From assembly GCA_963744995.1 (NCBI GenBank), contig CAVUWA010000004.1:96001-160000 (forward strand): 64,000 nucleotides of DNA, written 5' to 3'. Each line of letters opens with the position of its first letter. The first letter of the stretch is position 1. A program made the translations under genes and the position numbers. The stretch is from Candidatus Eiseniibacteriota bacterium. GTDB lineage: Bacteria; Eisenbacteria; RBG-16-71-46. The notes below the pieces were generated by a model. It saw only the letters and a list, made by a program, of their open reading frames with translations. It did not search any database and was not told where the DNA came from. Shown piece after piece: positions 44,079-54,065 of this stretch.

Positions 44079-44534
44079 CTACCGCGCCTCTTCGCGCCTG
44101 ACCACCAGCACGTCGCACGGCGCGTGCGCGGCGACCTGCGACGCGACGCTGCCGCGCAGCAGCCGATTGATGCCGTTGCGTCCGTGGCAGCCGACCACGA
44201 TCAGGTCGGCGTTCTGCCTCCGCGCCTCTTCGACGAGCACGTGGGCCACGTCGCCGGTGTGCACGCGGGTGGAGGTCTCGAAGCCGGCTTCCTCGAGCAT
44301 CTGCCGCATGCGCGTGGCCAGTTCCTCGTGCGTCTTCACGTGATCTTCCTCGATGAGGCCGATCGCGCCGCCGGCCGAGGCCACGACGTGGGGCTCGGGC
44401 GCATACAGGTGTTCCGCGGGGGCGACGGCGGAAACGAGCACGACGTGCGTCCCTCTGGGCCACGACATCCGCAGCAAGGTCGCCAGCGTACCGCGGCAAT
44501 GCGCGGAGGCGTCGACGCCGACCAGGATCTTCAT
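44079..44534 (-). CDS. Universal stress protein (UspA family)
   Basis: MKILVGVDAS...ADLIVVGCHGRNGINRLLRGSVASQVAAHAPCDVLVVR. Confidence 0.93.
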   Translation of the reverse strand: MKILVGVDASAHCRGTLATLLRMSWPRGTHVVLVSAVAPAEHLYAPEPHVVASAGGAIGLIEEDHVKTHEELATRMRQMLEEAGFETSTRVHTGDVAHVLVEEARRQNADLIVVGCHGRNGINRLLRGSVASQVAAHAPCDVLVVRREEAR

Positions 44535-44649
44535 CGTTCGCTCCACTGTTCCCGACTCGGATCGAGGGTGGGAGGGCCCGTCGGCTGACCCTCCTCCTGT
44601 CGCACCCGCCCTGCGGGCACGTTCGGTGTGCAGCCTGATCAAACAAGGT

Positions 44650-44664
44650 GCATTCGACGTGCCG
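44650..44664 (-). promoter_or_regulatory. Putative sigma54 promoter of the usp gene
   Basis: Minus strand reads CGGCACGTCGAATGC(A), with GG-N10-GC spacing. Confidence 0.5.
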
Positions 44665-44892
44665 GGCGCCGCACGGCCGGGCCGGTACCGGGCAACGCGT
44701 GGCCGGGCGGGCGGATAGGCGGCCGTGGCGGATCGCCTGCCAGCGAGCGGGTCGAGCGGCAGCCCGTCAGGCTGGCAGGTGTGCGGGCCGTCGCGTCAGG
44801 GCCCGGGAGGCCGGGCGGCGGTCCGACCCGGCGACGCGTGGCCTCCCGCAACCCGCCTGCGGCCGGTGACCGATGTGCGCTAGTGTGCGCCG

Positions 44893-45813
44893 ATGCCCGG
44901 CTCTCCCGTCGTTCAGGTGACGAACCTCCGCAAGGCGTACCGCTCGACGGTGGCCGTCGCGGACGTCTCGTTCGAAGTCCGCGAAGGAGAGATCTTCGGT
45001 CTCATCGGCCCGAACGGCGCAGGCAAGACGACGACGATGGAGTGCATCGAGGGCATCCGCGCGGCCGACGGCGGAAAGGCCACGGTGCTCGGTCTCGACC
45101 CGCACCGCGATGCCCGCGCGCTGCAGAACCGGATCGGCGTCCAGCTCCAGGAAGCCCAGCTGCAGAAGCGCATTCAGGTGTGGGAGGCGGTGGATCTGTG
45201 GTCCTCGCTCTATCCGCATACGGTGGACGCGGGCGCCCTGCTCGAGCAGCTCGGCCTGACCGACAAGCGCCACGCCCGGTTCATGACGCTGTCGGGCGGT
45301 CAGAAGCAGCGCCTGTTCATCGCGCTCGCCCTGATCCACGATCCGGAGCTGGTGTTCCTCGACGAGCTCACCACCGGGCTCGACCCGCAGGCGCGGCACG
45401 CGATCTGGGGGCTCGTCCGCGGAATCCGCGAGCGCGGCAAGACGGTGTTCCTCACCACCCATCTGATGGAGGAGGCCGAGCGGCTCTGCGATCGCGTGGC
45501 GATCATCGAGCATGGCCGGCTGATCGAAATGGGCGCGCCGGCGGATCTCGTGCGCCGCCATTGCCCGGAACGCGCGGTGGTGTTCGCGAGCGACGGCAAC
45601 GGGCTCGGCGAAGCGCTCCGGGCCATCCCGGACGTCGGCGCCGTCGAGGCCGGCGGCGACGCCTGGACCGTGCGCGGCACCGGCGACGACTTCGTCACCG
45701 AGGTGATCCACCTGATCGCGGCCCGCAACCTGCGGGTCCGCGACTTTCGCACCGTGTTCCCGACGCTCGAGGACGTGTTCCTCAAGCTGACCGGGCACGG
45801 GATCCGGGACTGA
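44893..45813 (+). CDS. ABC transporter ATP-binding protein (ABC-2 exporter)
   Basis: Walker A GPNGAGKTT, signature LSGGQ, Walker B VFLDE and the H-loop TTH. Confidence 0.95.
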   Translation: MPGSPVVQVTNLRKAYRSTVAVADVSFEVREGEIFGLIGPNGAGKTTTMECIEGIRAADGGKATVLGLDPHRDARALQNRIGVQLQEAQLQKRIQVWEAVDLWSSLYPHTVDAGALLEQLGLTDKRHARFMTLSGGQKQRLFIALALIHDPELVFLDELTTGLDPQARHAIWGLVRGIRERGKTVFLTTHLMEEAERLCDRVAIIEHGRLIEMGAPADLVRRHCPERAVVFASDGNGLGEALRAIPDVGAVEAGGDAWTVRGTGDDFVTEVIHLIAARNLRVRDFRTVFPTLEDVFLKLTGHGIRD

Positions 45814-45818
45814 ACGCC

Positions 45819-46565
45819 ATGCTGCGCGGATTCCTGAAGCTCACCTGGCTCGAGACCCGGATCTTCATCCGCGAGCCGCTCGGGCTGATCAGCAGCGTCC
45901 TCATTCCGGTGATCCTGTTCCTCGCGCTGGGCCGCTCCGTCGGCTCGCACGCGGAGACGTCCGCGGACGTCGCCCTGTTTCTCGGGCAGCAGCTGCCGAT
46001 CTTCGCTTCGGTGTTCATCGCGCTGAGCGCGGCGCTGTCCCTGGTGGCGGTGATCTCGATCTATCGTGAGGGAGGAATCCTCAAGCGGCTGCGCGCGACG
46101 CCGCTGTCGCCGGCCACGATCCTCGCCGCACACGTCACCGTGAAACTGATGTTCACGCTGCTGACGCTCGGGATCATGCTGCTGCTCGGGCGTCGCCTCT
46201 ACCCGGTCGCGCTGCACGTCGACCTGCCGGCGTTCGCACTGGCGCTGGTGGTGAGCACGCTGAGCATCATTTCAATCGGGTTCGTGATCGCGAGCGCCGT
46301 GCCCACCGCCCGCTTCGCGCAGCCGATCGGCAGTGTGATCCTGTATCCGATGCTGGCGCTCTCGGGGATCTTCGCGCCGGTCGACGCGCTGCCGCCGGGG
46401 TGGGCGGCGCTGGCACGCGTGCTGCCGGTGACGCACGCGGTGCGGCTGCTGCGCGCGGCATGGGAGGGCCGGAGCTGGGTCGACCAGCTGCCGAGTCTCG
46501 GCGTCCTGGCGCTCACCATCGTGGTCTGCACGGCGATCTCGTCCAGGATCTTCCGCTGGGAGTAG
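45819..46565 (+). CDS. ABC-2 type transporter permease
   Basis: ATG 45819. Six TM helices, YREGGILKRLRATP, LSGIFAP...LP and a C-terminal FRWE. Confidence 0.92.
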   Translation: MLRGFLKLTWLETRIFIREPLGLISSVLIPVILFLALGRSVGSHAETSADVALFLGQQLPIFASVFIALSAALSLVAVISIYREGGILKRLRATPLSPATILAAHVTVKLMFTLLTLGIMLLLGRRLYPVALHVDLPAFALALVVSTLSIISIGFVIASAVPTARFAQPIGSVILYPMLALSGIFAPVDALPPGWAALARVLPVTHAVRLLRAAWEGRSWVDQLPSLGVLALTIVVCTAISSRIFRWE

Positions 46566-46658
46566 GGGGTAAGCGGCGAGACCCGCAGGGTAGACCAGAG
46601 TCGCAGTGTCGCGGTCTGCCCTTCGCGCGGGCCGCGCGGTATCGTAGGGGGACCCGCC

Positions 46659-48233
46659 ATGCTCATCGATGCCCGCGAATTGGATCCGATCGGAACGATC
46701 CGGACGGACGTCTGTATCGTCGGGGCCGGCGCGGCGGGGCTTTCGCTCGCGTGCGAGCTGGCGTCGCACGGCACCGACGTCTGCGTGATCGAGAGTGGCG
46801 GCAGCGTGCCCAGTTTCGCGAACCAGACGCTCGCGCGGGGGGGGATCAGCGGGCTGCCCTACTATCCGCTCGACGCCAATCGGCAGCGGGCGCTCGGCGG
46901 GACGCTGCGGCTCTGGGCGGGATGGTGCCGCCCGCTGGACGGGCTCGATTTCGCGGAGCGCGAATGGGTCCCATACAGCGGCTGGCCGATCGCGCGCGAG
47001 ACGATGATGCCTTTCTACGCGCGCGCGCACGGGCGTCTCGGGCTCGGTCCGCCGGAATACGAGCTGGAACACTGGGAGCGCACGATCCGCGCGTCGCGCA
47101 TCCGTCTCGATCCGCAGGAGGTCGTGTCGCGGATGTATCACCTGGCGCAGCCGAGGGCGCTGGCCCGATCGAGCGCGGCGGAGCTCGAGCGCTCGGAGCG
47201 CTCGCGGGTGTTGCTCCACACGAATCTGATCGAGCTCGAAACCGACCCCTCCGGGAACGGCGTCGCCGGCCTGCGCATCGGCCGCCTCGACGGCACCGGC
47301 GGACGCATCGTGGCCCGGCGCTACGTGCTCGCGATGGGCGCGATCGAGAACGCGCGGCTCCTGCTCGCCTCGCGCCGCGCGACGAGCGCCGGCGTCGGCA
47401 ACGCGCACGATCAGGTCGGGCGCTATTTCATGGAGCACATCCATTTCCCGTCCGGAAGGATCCGCCTTCACGATCGCCATGCGGTCGCGCCGGCCCTGTA
47501 CTTCCGCACCGGGCGCGACGTGATCGCGCGGCTGTTCCTTCCCGAGGAGGTCCAGGCGCGCGAGCGGATCCTCAACTCCAACACGATGCTCGAGCCCGTG
47601 CACCCGGATCTGCTGCGGAGAGGGTTCGCGGTCGCGCACCATCTGATGCTCTCCGCCGATCGCGTTCTCACCCGCGTCCGGCATCTCGGGCATCTCGCAC
47701 GCCGCTACGCCGGTCCGGCCGCCGCGCGCTCGTACCGGCGCGGCCTGCCCGGTGCGGATCATCCGGCGCACGAGCTGCGCATGCACCACACGCTCGAACA
47801 GGCGCCGAATCCGGACAGCCGCGTCACGCTCGACGGCGAAACCGACGCCCTCGGGGTGCCGCGCGTGAAGCTCGAGTGGCGCACCACCGACACCGACCGC
47901 CGCACCATGATCCGCGGCCGGGACCTGATCGGGCAGGCGTTCGAGCGCGCCGGCCTCGGCACCTTCGAGCGCTGCCCGGGCGACGACGACAGCGTGTGGC
48001 CGCCTCCGCCGCTGCAGGGGCTGCGCGGGCACCATATGGGCACGACCCGCATGCACCCGGATCCGCGACGCGGCGTGGTGGACGCGGACTGCCGCGTCCA
48101 CGGCCTTCGCAATCTCTACCTGGCCGGGAGCTCCGTATTCCCGACCTCGGGGTCGGGAACGCCCACGATCACGATCGTCGCGCTGGCGTTGCGGCTCGCC
48201 GATCATCTGCACGCCGGCGCCGGGCTGGACTGA
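46659..48233 (+). CDS. GMC family FAD oxidoreductase
   Basis: Motifs IVGAGAAG, GAIENARLLL, VGRYFMEH, HHMGTTRM, GVVDADCRVHG and PTITIVALALRLA. Confidence 0.9.
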   Translation: MLIDARELDPIGTIRTDVCIVGAGAAGLSLACELASHGTDVCVIESGGSVPSFANQTLARGGISGLPYYPLDANRQRALGGTLRLWAGWCRPLDGLDFAEREWVPYSGWPIARETMMPFYARAHGRLGLGPPEYELEHWERTIRASRIRLDPQEVVSRMYHLAQPRALARSSAAELERSERSRVLLHTNLIELETDPSGNGVAGLRIGRLDGTGGRIVARRYVLAMGAIENARLLLASRRATSAGVGNAHDQVGRYFMEHIHFPSGRIRLHDRHAVAPALYFRTGRDVIARLFLPEEVQARERILNSNTMLEPVHPDLLRRGFAVAHHLMLSADRVLTRVRHLGHLARRYAGPAAARSYRRGLPGADHPAHELRMHHTLEQAPNPDSRVTLDGETDALGVPRVKLEWRTTDTDRRTMIRGRDLIGQAFERAGLGTFERCPGDDDSVWPPPPLQGLRGHHMGTTRMHPDPRRGVVDADCRVHGLRNLYLAGSSVFPTSGSGTPTITIVALALRLADHLHAGAGLD

Positions 48234-48237
48234 GCGG

Positions 48238-50046
48238 CTACGTCGGAAACGACCAGCGCGGATCGGCCTGCTCCCGGCGCAGCCACAGACCGAGCGTGAT
48301 CAGCAGCTTCACGCCGGCGGAGCCGGTGGGCGCCTGTGCGTCCGGCCACGTCGCGCCGGCCGGCGGCACCAGCGCGTCGAAGGTGGCGCGATCGAACAGC
48401 TCGTACGCCAGCTCGCGGGCCGGCTCCGCGGCGGCGCGGATCATGCGCCAGTCGGCGCCGTTGAAGTTGAAGCTGCGGTAGTAGTAGCGCCGCTCGCCGC
48501 GCCGGATGCCGAATCTGCCGGCGGCGCGGGACGCGTACTTCCGCGCGGCGCTCGTGATCAGATCGCGGACGCGCGGCTCCAGCGGCGTCGTCACGTAGGA
48601 CTTGCGATCGAGCGGCAGCGCGGCGAGCTCCGGGTAGTGGCGCCGCAGCACCTCGTGCTCGAGCCGCCGCCCCGCGAGCATCGGCATCGGCAGACCGCCG
48701 ACCGTTTCGAGCACGCCACGGTCGAGGCAGGGTGAAGCGGGCCACGCGCCCTGCGCCAGCCGCGCGAACGCCTGGCCCACGTGAAAGCGCTCGCGGTGCC
48801 GCATGTCGAAGCGATAGGTGCGGGCGAGGTCGGTGTCGGCCGCGCCCTCGTACGCGCGGCGCACGCGCGCCACGACCTCCTCGAGCGCTCCACCGAACAC
48901 CTCCGGCCGCAGCAGGCGGCCGAGCAGCGCCACCGGGATGCTCCAGCCGTTCAGCCGCTCGAAGAAGCGCTCGAAGCCGAGGCGCCGCGTCTCGGGGTCG
49001 TAGCAGAGACTCAGGTGGCTGCCGGCGAACACTTCGTCCATGACGTGGCCGCTCACCACACGCGGATGGATCGCCGCGAGCGCGGCGGCCAGCGCATCGC
49101 TGCCGCCGGTGTCGGGGCTCGCGGGGAGCCCGTGCCACTCGAGCGAGCGCTCGAGCCCCGCGGCGTCCGCCCGATGCGGAACGAGGCGCTGGCGAAAGCC
49201 CAGTCGCCGTGCGATCCCGCGTGCGCAGAGGTGATCGAAGTCGGCGGGCTCGCCGCGGGTGAGCGCCGTCAGCGGCACCGCCTGCCGCGCGAGCGCACCG
49301 GCCAGCAGGCGCGCGTCGAGGCCGCCCGAGAGCAGCAGCGTGTGCGTGTGGATGGCCGGGACCTGCCGCCGGCACCCGTCCTGCAGCGCCTCGTGCAGGA
49401 CGTGCGAGCACTCTTCGAACGGCAGCCCGTGGAACGTGCGGCTGACGGGCACGGCAAAGTGCTCGATCTCCACGGGCGTGCCGGTGGCGGGCGCGCGCAG
49501 GACGTGGCCCTGCTCGAGTCGGCGCACGCCGCGCTGCAGCGTTGCGCCCGCCACGAGCCCGTTGGTGACGAGCACGCCGGCGAGCCCCAGCGGATCGAGC
49601 GCCGGCACGAACGCGGGATGGACGCGCAGCAGCCCCGGGTGGGTCGCGACCAGCAGCGCCGCACCGGCCGTCGCGTGGTAGACGGGAAACAGCCCCAGCA
49701 CGTCCACCGCGAGCATCAGCGCGCCGTCGGGCTCGATCAGCGCGGCGAGGTGGTAGCCGTCGCAGGGCGGCGGCGTCCCCGCGCCGGCGGCCTCGCGATA
49801 CGCGGCGGCCGCGAGCGGGCTGCCGTCGCGCGAACGCACGTCGCCGAGCAGAAAGGCGAGACGTCCGTCCGCATCGTCCCGCTCGAGCGGCGTCCCGGCG
49901 GGTGCGCCCCACACGATCGCGACCGGCCCGTATTCGGTTGAGCCGGCCTCGAGCGTGGGGATGGCGGCGATGCGGGCTTCGGCGTCACGGGCCGCGCGCC
50001 GGCGGCGTTCGACGTTCGAATCGCGGATGAACAGGATCGCGGTCAC
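48238..50046 (-). CDS. Asparagine synthase-related protein (degenerate glutaminase domain)
   Basis: DVLGLFPVY in the N-domain and PP-loop LLSGGLDAR. No N-terminal catalytic Cys. Confidence 0.75.
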   Translation of the reverse strand: MTAILFIRDSNVERRRRAARDAEARIAAIPTLEAGSTEYGPVAIVWGAPAGTPLERDDADGRLAFLLGDVRSRDGSPLAAAAYREAAGAGTPPPCDGYHLAALIEPDGALMLAVDVLGLFPVYHATAGAALLVATHPGLLRVHPAFVPALDPLGLAGVLVTNGLVAGATLQRGVRRLEQGHVLRAPATGTPVEIEHFAVPVSRTFHGLPFEECSHVLHEALQDGCRRQVPAIHTHTLLLSGGLDARLLAGALARQAVPLTALTRGEPADFDHLCARGIARRLGFRQRLVPHRADAAGLERSLEWHGLPASPDTGGSDALAAALAAIHPRVVSGHVMDEVFAGSHLSLCYDPETRRLGFERFFERLNGWSIPVALLGRLLRPEVFGGALEEVVARVRRAYEGAADTDLARTYRFDMRHRERFHVGQAFARLAQGAWPASPCLDRGVLETVGGLPMPMLAGRRLEHEVLRRHYPELAALPLDRKSYVTTPLEPRVRDLITSAARKYASRAAGRFGIRRGERRYYYRSFNFNGADWRMIRAAAEPARELAYELFDRATFDALVPPAGATWPDAQAPTGSAGVKLLITLGLWLRREQADPRWSFPT

Positions 50047-50113
50047 GGCGCGGACACTACGTCCGGCCGCGCGCGAGCGCCAGACGGTGCGAGGGGCGGC
50101 CGCAGCGCGCCGC

Positions 50114-53100
50114 TCAGCCGAGCAGGTAGTCGAGGTCGCCGGTGGTCAGCGCGCGCGCGAAGCCGTCCTCGCCGAGCACGTCGGAGGCGAGGGCTTCTTT
50201 GCGCTGCTGCAGTTCCCAGATCTTCTCTTCGATCGTCCCCGCGGCGAGCAGGCGGCAGGCGATCACGGTGCGCGTCTGGCCGATGCGGTGGGTGCGATCG
50301 ATCGCCTGCGCCTCGACCGCCGGGTTCCACCACGGATCGAACAGCACGACGTACTGCGCCGAGGTGAGGTTGAGTCCCGTGCCGCCCGCCTTGAGCGAGA
50401 TCAGGAATACGCACGGCTCCGGGTCCTTCTCGAACGCGTCCACGACCCGCTCGCGCCGCGTCGTGGCCCCGGTCAGGACGTGATGACGCATGCCGCGGCG
50501 TTTCATGCCGGCGGCGAGCAGCTTCAGGCACTCCACGAACTGCGAGAACACGAGCACCTTGCGGCCCTCGGCCAGCAGCGGCTCGAGGATCTCGAACAGC
50601 GCGTCGAACTTGCCCGAACCGAGCTCCTCGCGCCCGCCGGCGAGCGCCGGATGGCAGCAGATCTGGCGCAGGCGGGTGAGCGTCGCCAGCACTTCGATCT
50701 TGTGGCGCATCACGCCGTCGGCCGAGGCCGCGAGGCGCTTCACCAGCTCGCGGCCGCGCAGCAGCTCGGCGAGGTACAGGCGCCGCTGCCCGGCGGTCAG
50801 CTCGCACTCGCGATGCTCCTCGATGCGGTCCGGCAGGTCGGGCGCGACCTCCTCCTTGAGCCTGCGCACCATCACCGGCCGCAGCCGCGCCGCGAGCAGC
50901 CGCCGCGCGTGCGCGGGCGAATCGGGGCGGTCGTAGCGGGTGATGAACGCCTGGCGCGGGCCGAGGTAGCCGGGATTCACGAACTGCATGATGCTCCACA
51001 GGTCGAGCGCGCGGTTCTCGATCGGCGTGCCGGTGAGCGCCAGGCGGTGCGGCGCGTTCAGCTCGCGCACGGCGCGGCTCATGGCGGTGCTCGGATTCTT
51101 GATGAACTGCGCCTCGTCCAGGATCGCGGCACGCAGCGAAATCGATCTCCAGTGCTCGAGGTCGCGCCGGAGCAGCGCGTAGTTGGTGACCACGAGGTCG
51201 TATTGCGGGATCTCGCGGCGCAGCGCGTGGCGTTCCTCACCGCTCATGAGCGTCAGCACCCTGAGGTGCGGAGTGAAGCGCTCCGACTCGCGCTGCCAGT
51301 TGTGCACGACCGACGCCGGACACACGACCAGCACCGGCCCGCCGTCCGGGTCGCGCTCGCGCAGCCACTCGATCCACGCCAGGGCCTGCACCGTCTTGCC
51401 GAGTCCCATGTCGTCGGCGAGCACCGCGCCCAGGCCGAGGTCGGTGACGAACGCGAGGAAATCGAGACCGTCGCGCTGGTAGGGGCGCAGCACCGCCTCG
51501 AGCTGCGCCGGCACGGGGATCCGCGGCACCCCCTTGAAATCGCGCACCTTCGCACGCAGCCGCTCGACTTCGCGCAGGGTTTGCGGATCACCGCCCAGGT
51601 CTTCGAGCGCGGCGAGGCTTTCCGGCCGCGCCAGCGCGAGCTGGGCGAGCGTCAGGCGCTGTTCGCCGGCGCCGGTTTCGAGGCCGAGGTCGGCCAGCTT
51701 TGCCGCCCCTTCGTCGTAAGCGTGGACCCAGTCGCGCGAGACCCATCCGGACTTGAGCTTCACGAACCGCCGCTGGCTCGCGCGCAGCTTCGCCAGATCG
51801 GCCTCGGTCAGCGCCATGCCCTCGGCCTGCCACGCGGCGGAGACCGTGAACCAGTCCGCACCGCTCGACGTGACCGTAACGCGCGGCCGCACCGCCTGCG
51901 GCTCGGCGAACAGTGCACGCATGCGGTCGTTGCCGAGGAACGTCACGTCACGCGGACGCTCCGCCCAGGCTTCCGCCAGCGTGTCGAGCGTGCGCGAGGT
52001 CAGGCGGAGCCACGCGCCGCGGGCGTCGGGCTCGGGCTCGGCGGATGCGGCGGCGCCCACGCGCCGCGAACGGCGCCTGAGCGGCAATGCCCGCAGCCAC
52101 TCGCGCGCCGACTCGACCAGCGCCGGGTCCGGCACCTCGACCCACACCGGGGCCTCGCCGCCGCCGCCGCCGCCCTCGTCCGGGGGAGCGGCGTTCCCGC
52201 CGGGGGCGGCAGGCGGGGGAGCGGTCGCCGCCGCGCTGGCCGCCGCGCCCTGGTCCGCACCCTCGCCCGCCGGACCCTCGAGCACGTTGCGAACGGTCTC
52301 CGACTCGTCGTCGAGGTCGTGCCCCTCGAGCCGGAACCACTCGCCCTCGGCGCCGAGCTCGAACACGACACGGCCGTCCGCGCCCGCGCCCGGGTGCCAG
52401 CCGCGTTCGCCCGTATGCGCGAAGAGGCGCACGTGCAGCCAGTCGTCGGCGCCCAGGTCGAGAGCGACCACGGGATGCGCGGGATGCACCCGCATGTGCG
52501 GCGCGAGCGCGTCGGCGACGCTGGTGAAGGTCGATGCGAGGAGTCCGAGGAAGTGCTCGCGTCCGGTTTCCGGAACCGGCAGGCGGCCGCCCCAGGCGAG
52601 CCGGCGGATCACGTGCGCGGGCGGTTCTTCGCCGACGCACCAGAACGTCCCGTCCACCAGCACCAGGCTCGGGTGCAGATCGTCGTCGGAGGGCACGTAG
52701 ACGATTTCATCCAGGCGGCGCAGCGCCCCGTCGGGCCAGCGCGCGGCGAGCATGATGCTCAGGTCCATGCGCCCGCCCGAGGAGACCGGCACGATGTCGA
52801 GCACCGCGTCGCCGAGCTTGACGCGCGAACCCGGCGTGACGCCGGCGTGAGGATCTCCTGTCCGTTCGGTGGCCCATGTCACGAGCGGCGAGTTCGAGTA
52901 GCTGTCGAGCAGGCGGACGACCTGGCTCGCCCGCAGCAGAAAGCGGGTGCCCCCGGGCAGGCGTTCGGCGTGCTGGACCGTGGTGCCGAGAAGACGCAGC
53001 AGTCGAACATGAGGCGGCGACAACAGTTGGGGGTCACGCTTCAATTCGGACGTGAGGTGGAGCAGCTGCTGCGCGGTGCGCGGCGCGTCGTCCAGTTTGG

Positions 53101-53662
53101 GGGTCTTCGCGCGCACCTCGATCCAGATCGACGGCCGTCCGTCCGCGGCGTCGACGCCCATGACGGCGCGCAGCATCGTGCGCGGCTGGCTGGCGCGCCG
53201 GCGCGCCCATTGCGCGAGATCGGTGGCGAGCGCCGCGCTCACGCGCTCGTCCTCGCGCACGCCGCCGAAGCCCGAGCCGCGAAACGGATCCGATTTGCCG
53301 TCGTCGGCACGGGCCGCGCGGGCGTGCGCGCGCGCCGCGTGGGCCGCGCTGGCCCTCCCATCTGCACGCGCCGCGTCGATCGCCTGCGCCAGCGCGTAGG
53401 CGTGTTCGCACACCGGCGCCGCCGCGCAGGTGCACTCGGGTTCGGCCTGCTCGCCCTTCCAGCGCCACGCGGGGCTGACGCGTTCCGGCCCGCGCAGCGA
53501 CGCGGTGACGCGCGAGGCCCGGAACTCGATCCGGCCCACGCGCCCCTGGCTGAAGAGCAGCTGGCCGCGTCGTTGCACGTGCGGCGGGAAGTGTCGCGCG
53601 TCCTCACGGATCGCAGCGGCGACTCCGGGGGGCAGGGTGTTCTGCGGGCTCGAGGGGATCAT
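50114..53662 (-). CDS. SWIM zinc finger + SNF2 family helicase/ATPase
   Basis: CTC-x5-CEH (SWIM), LRPYQ, LADDMGLGKT, DEAQ, LTGTPIEN, VFSQF, SLKAGGTGLNL and QAIDRTHRIGQ. Start re-picked at ATG 53662. Confidence 0.93.
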   Translation of the reverse strand: MIPSSPQNTLPPGVAAAIREDARHFPPHVQRRGQLLFSQGRVGRIEFRASRVTASLRGPERVSPAWRWKGEQAEPECTCAAAPVCEHAYALAQAIDAARADGRASAAHAARAHARAARADDGKSDPFRGSGFGGVREDERVSAALATDLAQWARRRASQPRTMLRAVMGVDAADGRPSIWIEVRAKTPKLDDAPRTAQQLLHLTSELKRDPQLLSPPHVRLLRLLGTTVQHAERLPGGTRFLLRASQVVRLLDSYSNSPLVTWATERTGDPHAGVTPGSRVKLGDAVLDIVPVSSGGRMDLSIMLAARWPDGALRRLDEIVYVPSDDDLHPSLVLVDGTFWCVGEEPPAHVIRRLAWGGRLPVPETGREHFLGLLASTFTSVADALAPHMRVHPAHPVVALDLGADDWLHVRLFAHTGERGWHPGAGADGRVVFELGAEGEWFRLEGHDLDDESETVRNVLEGPAGEGADQGAAASAAATAPPPAAPGGNAAPPDEGGGGGGEAPVWVEVPDPALVESAREWLRALPLRRRSRRVGAAASAEPEPDARGAWLRLTSRTLDTLAEAWAERPRDVTFLGNDRMRALFAEPQAVRPRVTVTSSGADWFTVSAAWQAEGMALTEADLAKLRASQRRFVKLKSGWVSRDWVHAYDEGAAKLADLGLETGAGEQRLTLAQLALARPESLAALEDLGGDPQTLREVERLRAKVRDFKGVPRIPVPAQLEAVLRPYQRDGLDFLAFVTDLGLGAVLADDMGLGKTVQALAWIEWLRERDPDGGPVLVVCPASVVHNWQRESERFTPHLRVLTLMSGEERHALRREIPQYDLVVTNYALLRRDLEHWRSISLRAAILDEAQFIKNPSTAMSRAVRELNAPHRLALTGTPIENRALDLWSIMQFVNPGYLGPRQAFITRYDRPDSPAHARRLLAARLRPVMVRRLKEEVAPDLPDRIEEHRECELTAGQRRLYLAELLRGRELVKRLAASADGVMRHKIEVLATLTRLRQICCHPALAGGREELGSGKFDALFEILEPLLAEGRKVLVFSQFVECLKLLAAGMKRRGMRHHVLTGATTRRERVVDAFEKDPEPCVFLISLKAGGTGLNLTSAQYVVLFDPWWNPAVEAQAIDRTHRIGQTRTVIACRLLAAGTIEEKIWELQQRKEALASDVLGEDGFARALTTGDLDYLLG

Positions 53663-53744
53663 GCCCGCATCATCGCAGATGCGCGGCGCGCGCGCTTGCG
53701 GGGCCGCAATCCCTGCACGCCGCCGCGGCGACGGGCGGGTCCTG

Positions 53745-54065
53745 TCAGTCGCCGCCCGCCGCCCGCAGCCGCGCGCGCAGCGCCTCGATCTCCTCCAGCA
53801 GCTCGAGCGCCAGCGCGGCACCCGCGAGGTTCACGCCGAGGTCGCGGTGCAGGTGCGAGGCGACGCGGACCCGGCGCAGATGGGTCTGGGTGAAGCGCCA
53901 GCGTCCGGGCTCGGCTCCGTCGGGCTCGACCACGCCCTCGCGCACCAGCTCGACCACGAAGTCGATCTCCACCGCGCAGGCGCGGCTGACTTCGGCCAGC
54001 GTCCACTCGGCCGGATCCTCGGGGACGATGCCGGGCGCTTCGGGCAGATCGCGACCGGGCGTCAT
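53745..54065 (-). CDS. cbpM: Chaperone modulator CbpM (MerR-like)
   Basis: TLAEVSRAC...[10 protein letters not shown]...[30 protein letters not shown] overlap with cbpA. Confidence 0.9.
   Translation of the reverse strand: MTPGRDLPEAPGIVPEDPAEWTLAEVSRACAVEIDFVVELVREGVVEPDGAEPGRWRFTQTHLRRVRVASHLHRDLGVNLAGAALALELLEEIEALRARLRAAGGD

Noticed and set aside
48238..50046. Lasso peptide cyclase / RiPP cluster
   Set aside because: No B1 (PqqD-like) or B2 protease gene and no plausible precursor ORF nearby.
52140..52290. Gly/Ala/Pro low-complexity stretch inside the SNF2 gene as a possible insertion or intein
   Set aside because: In frame and short, with no intein terminal residues or endonuclease motifs. 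Most likely a flexible linker.
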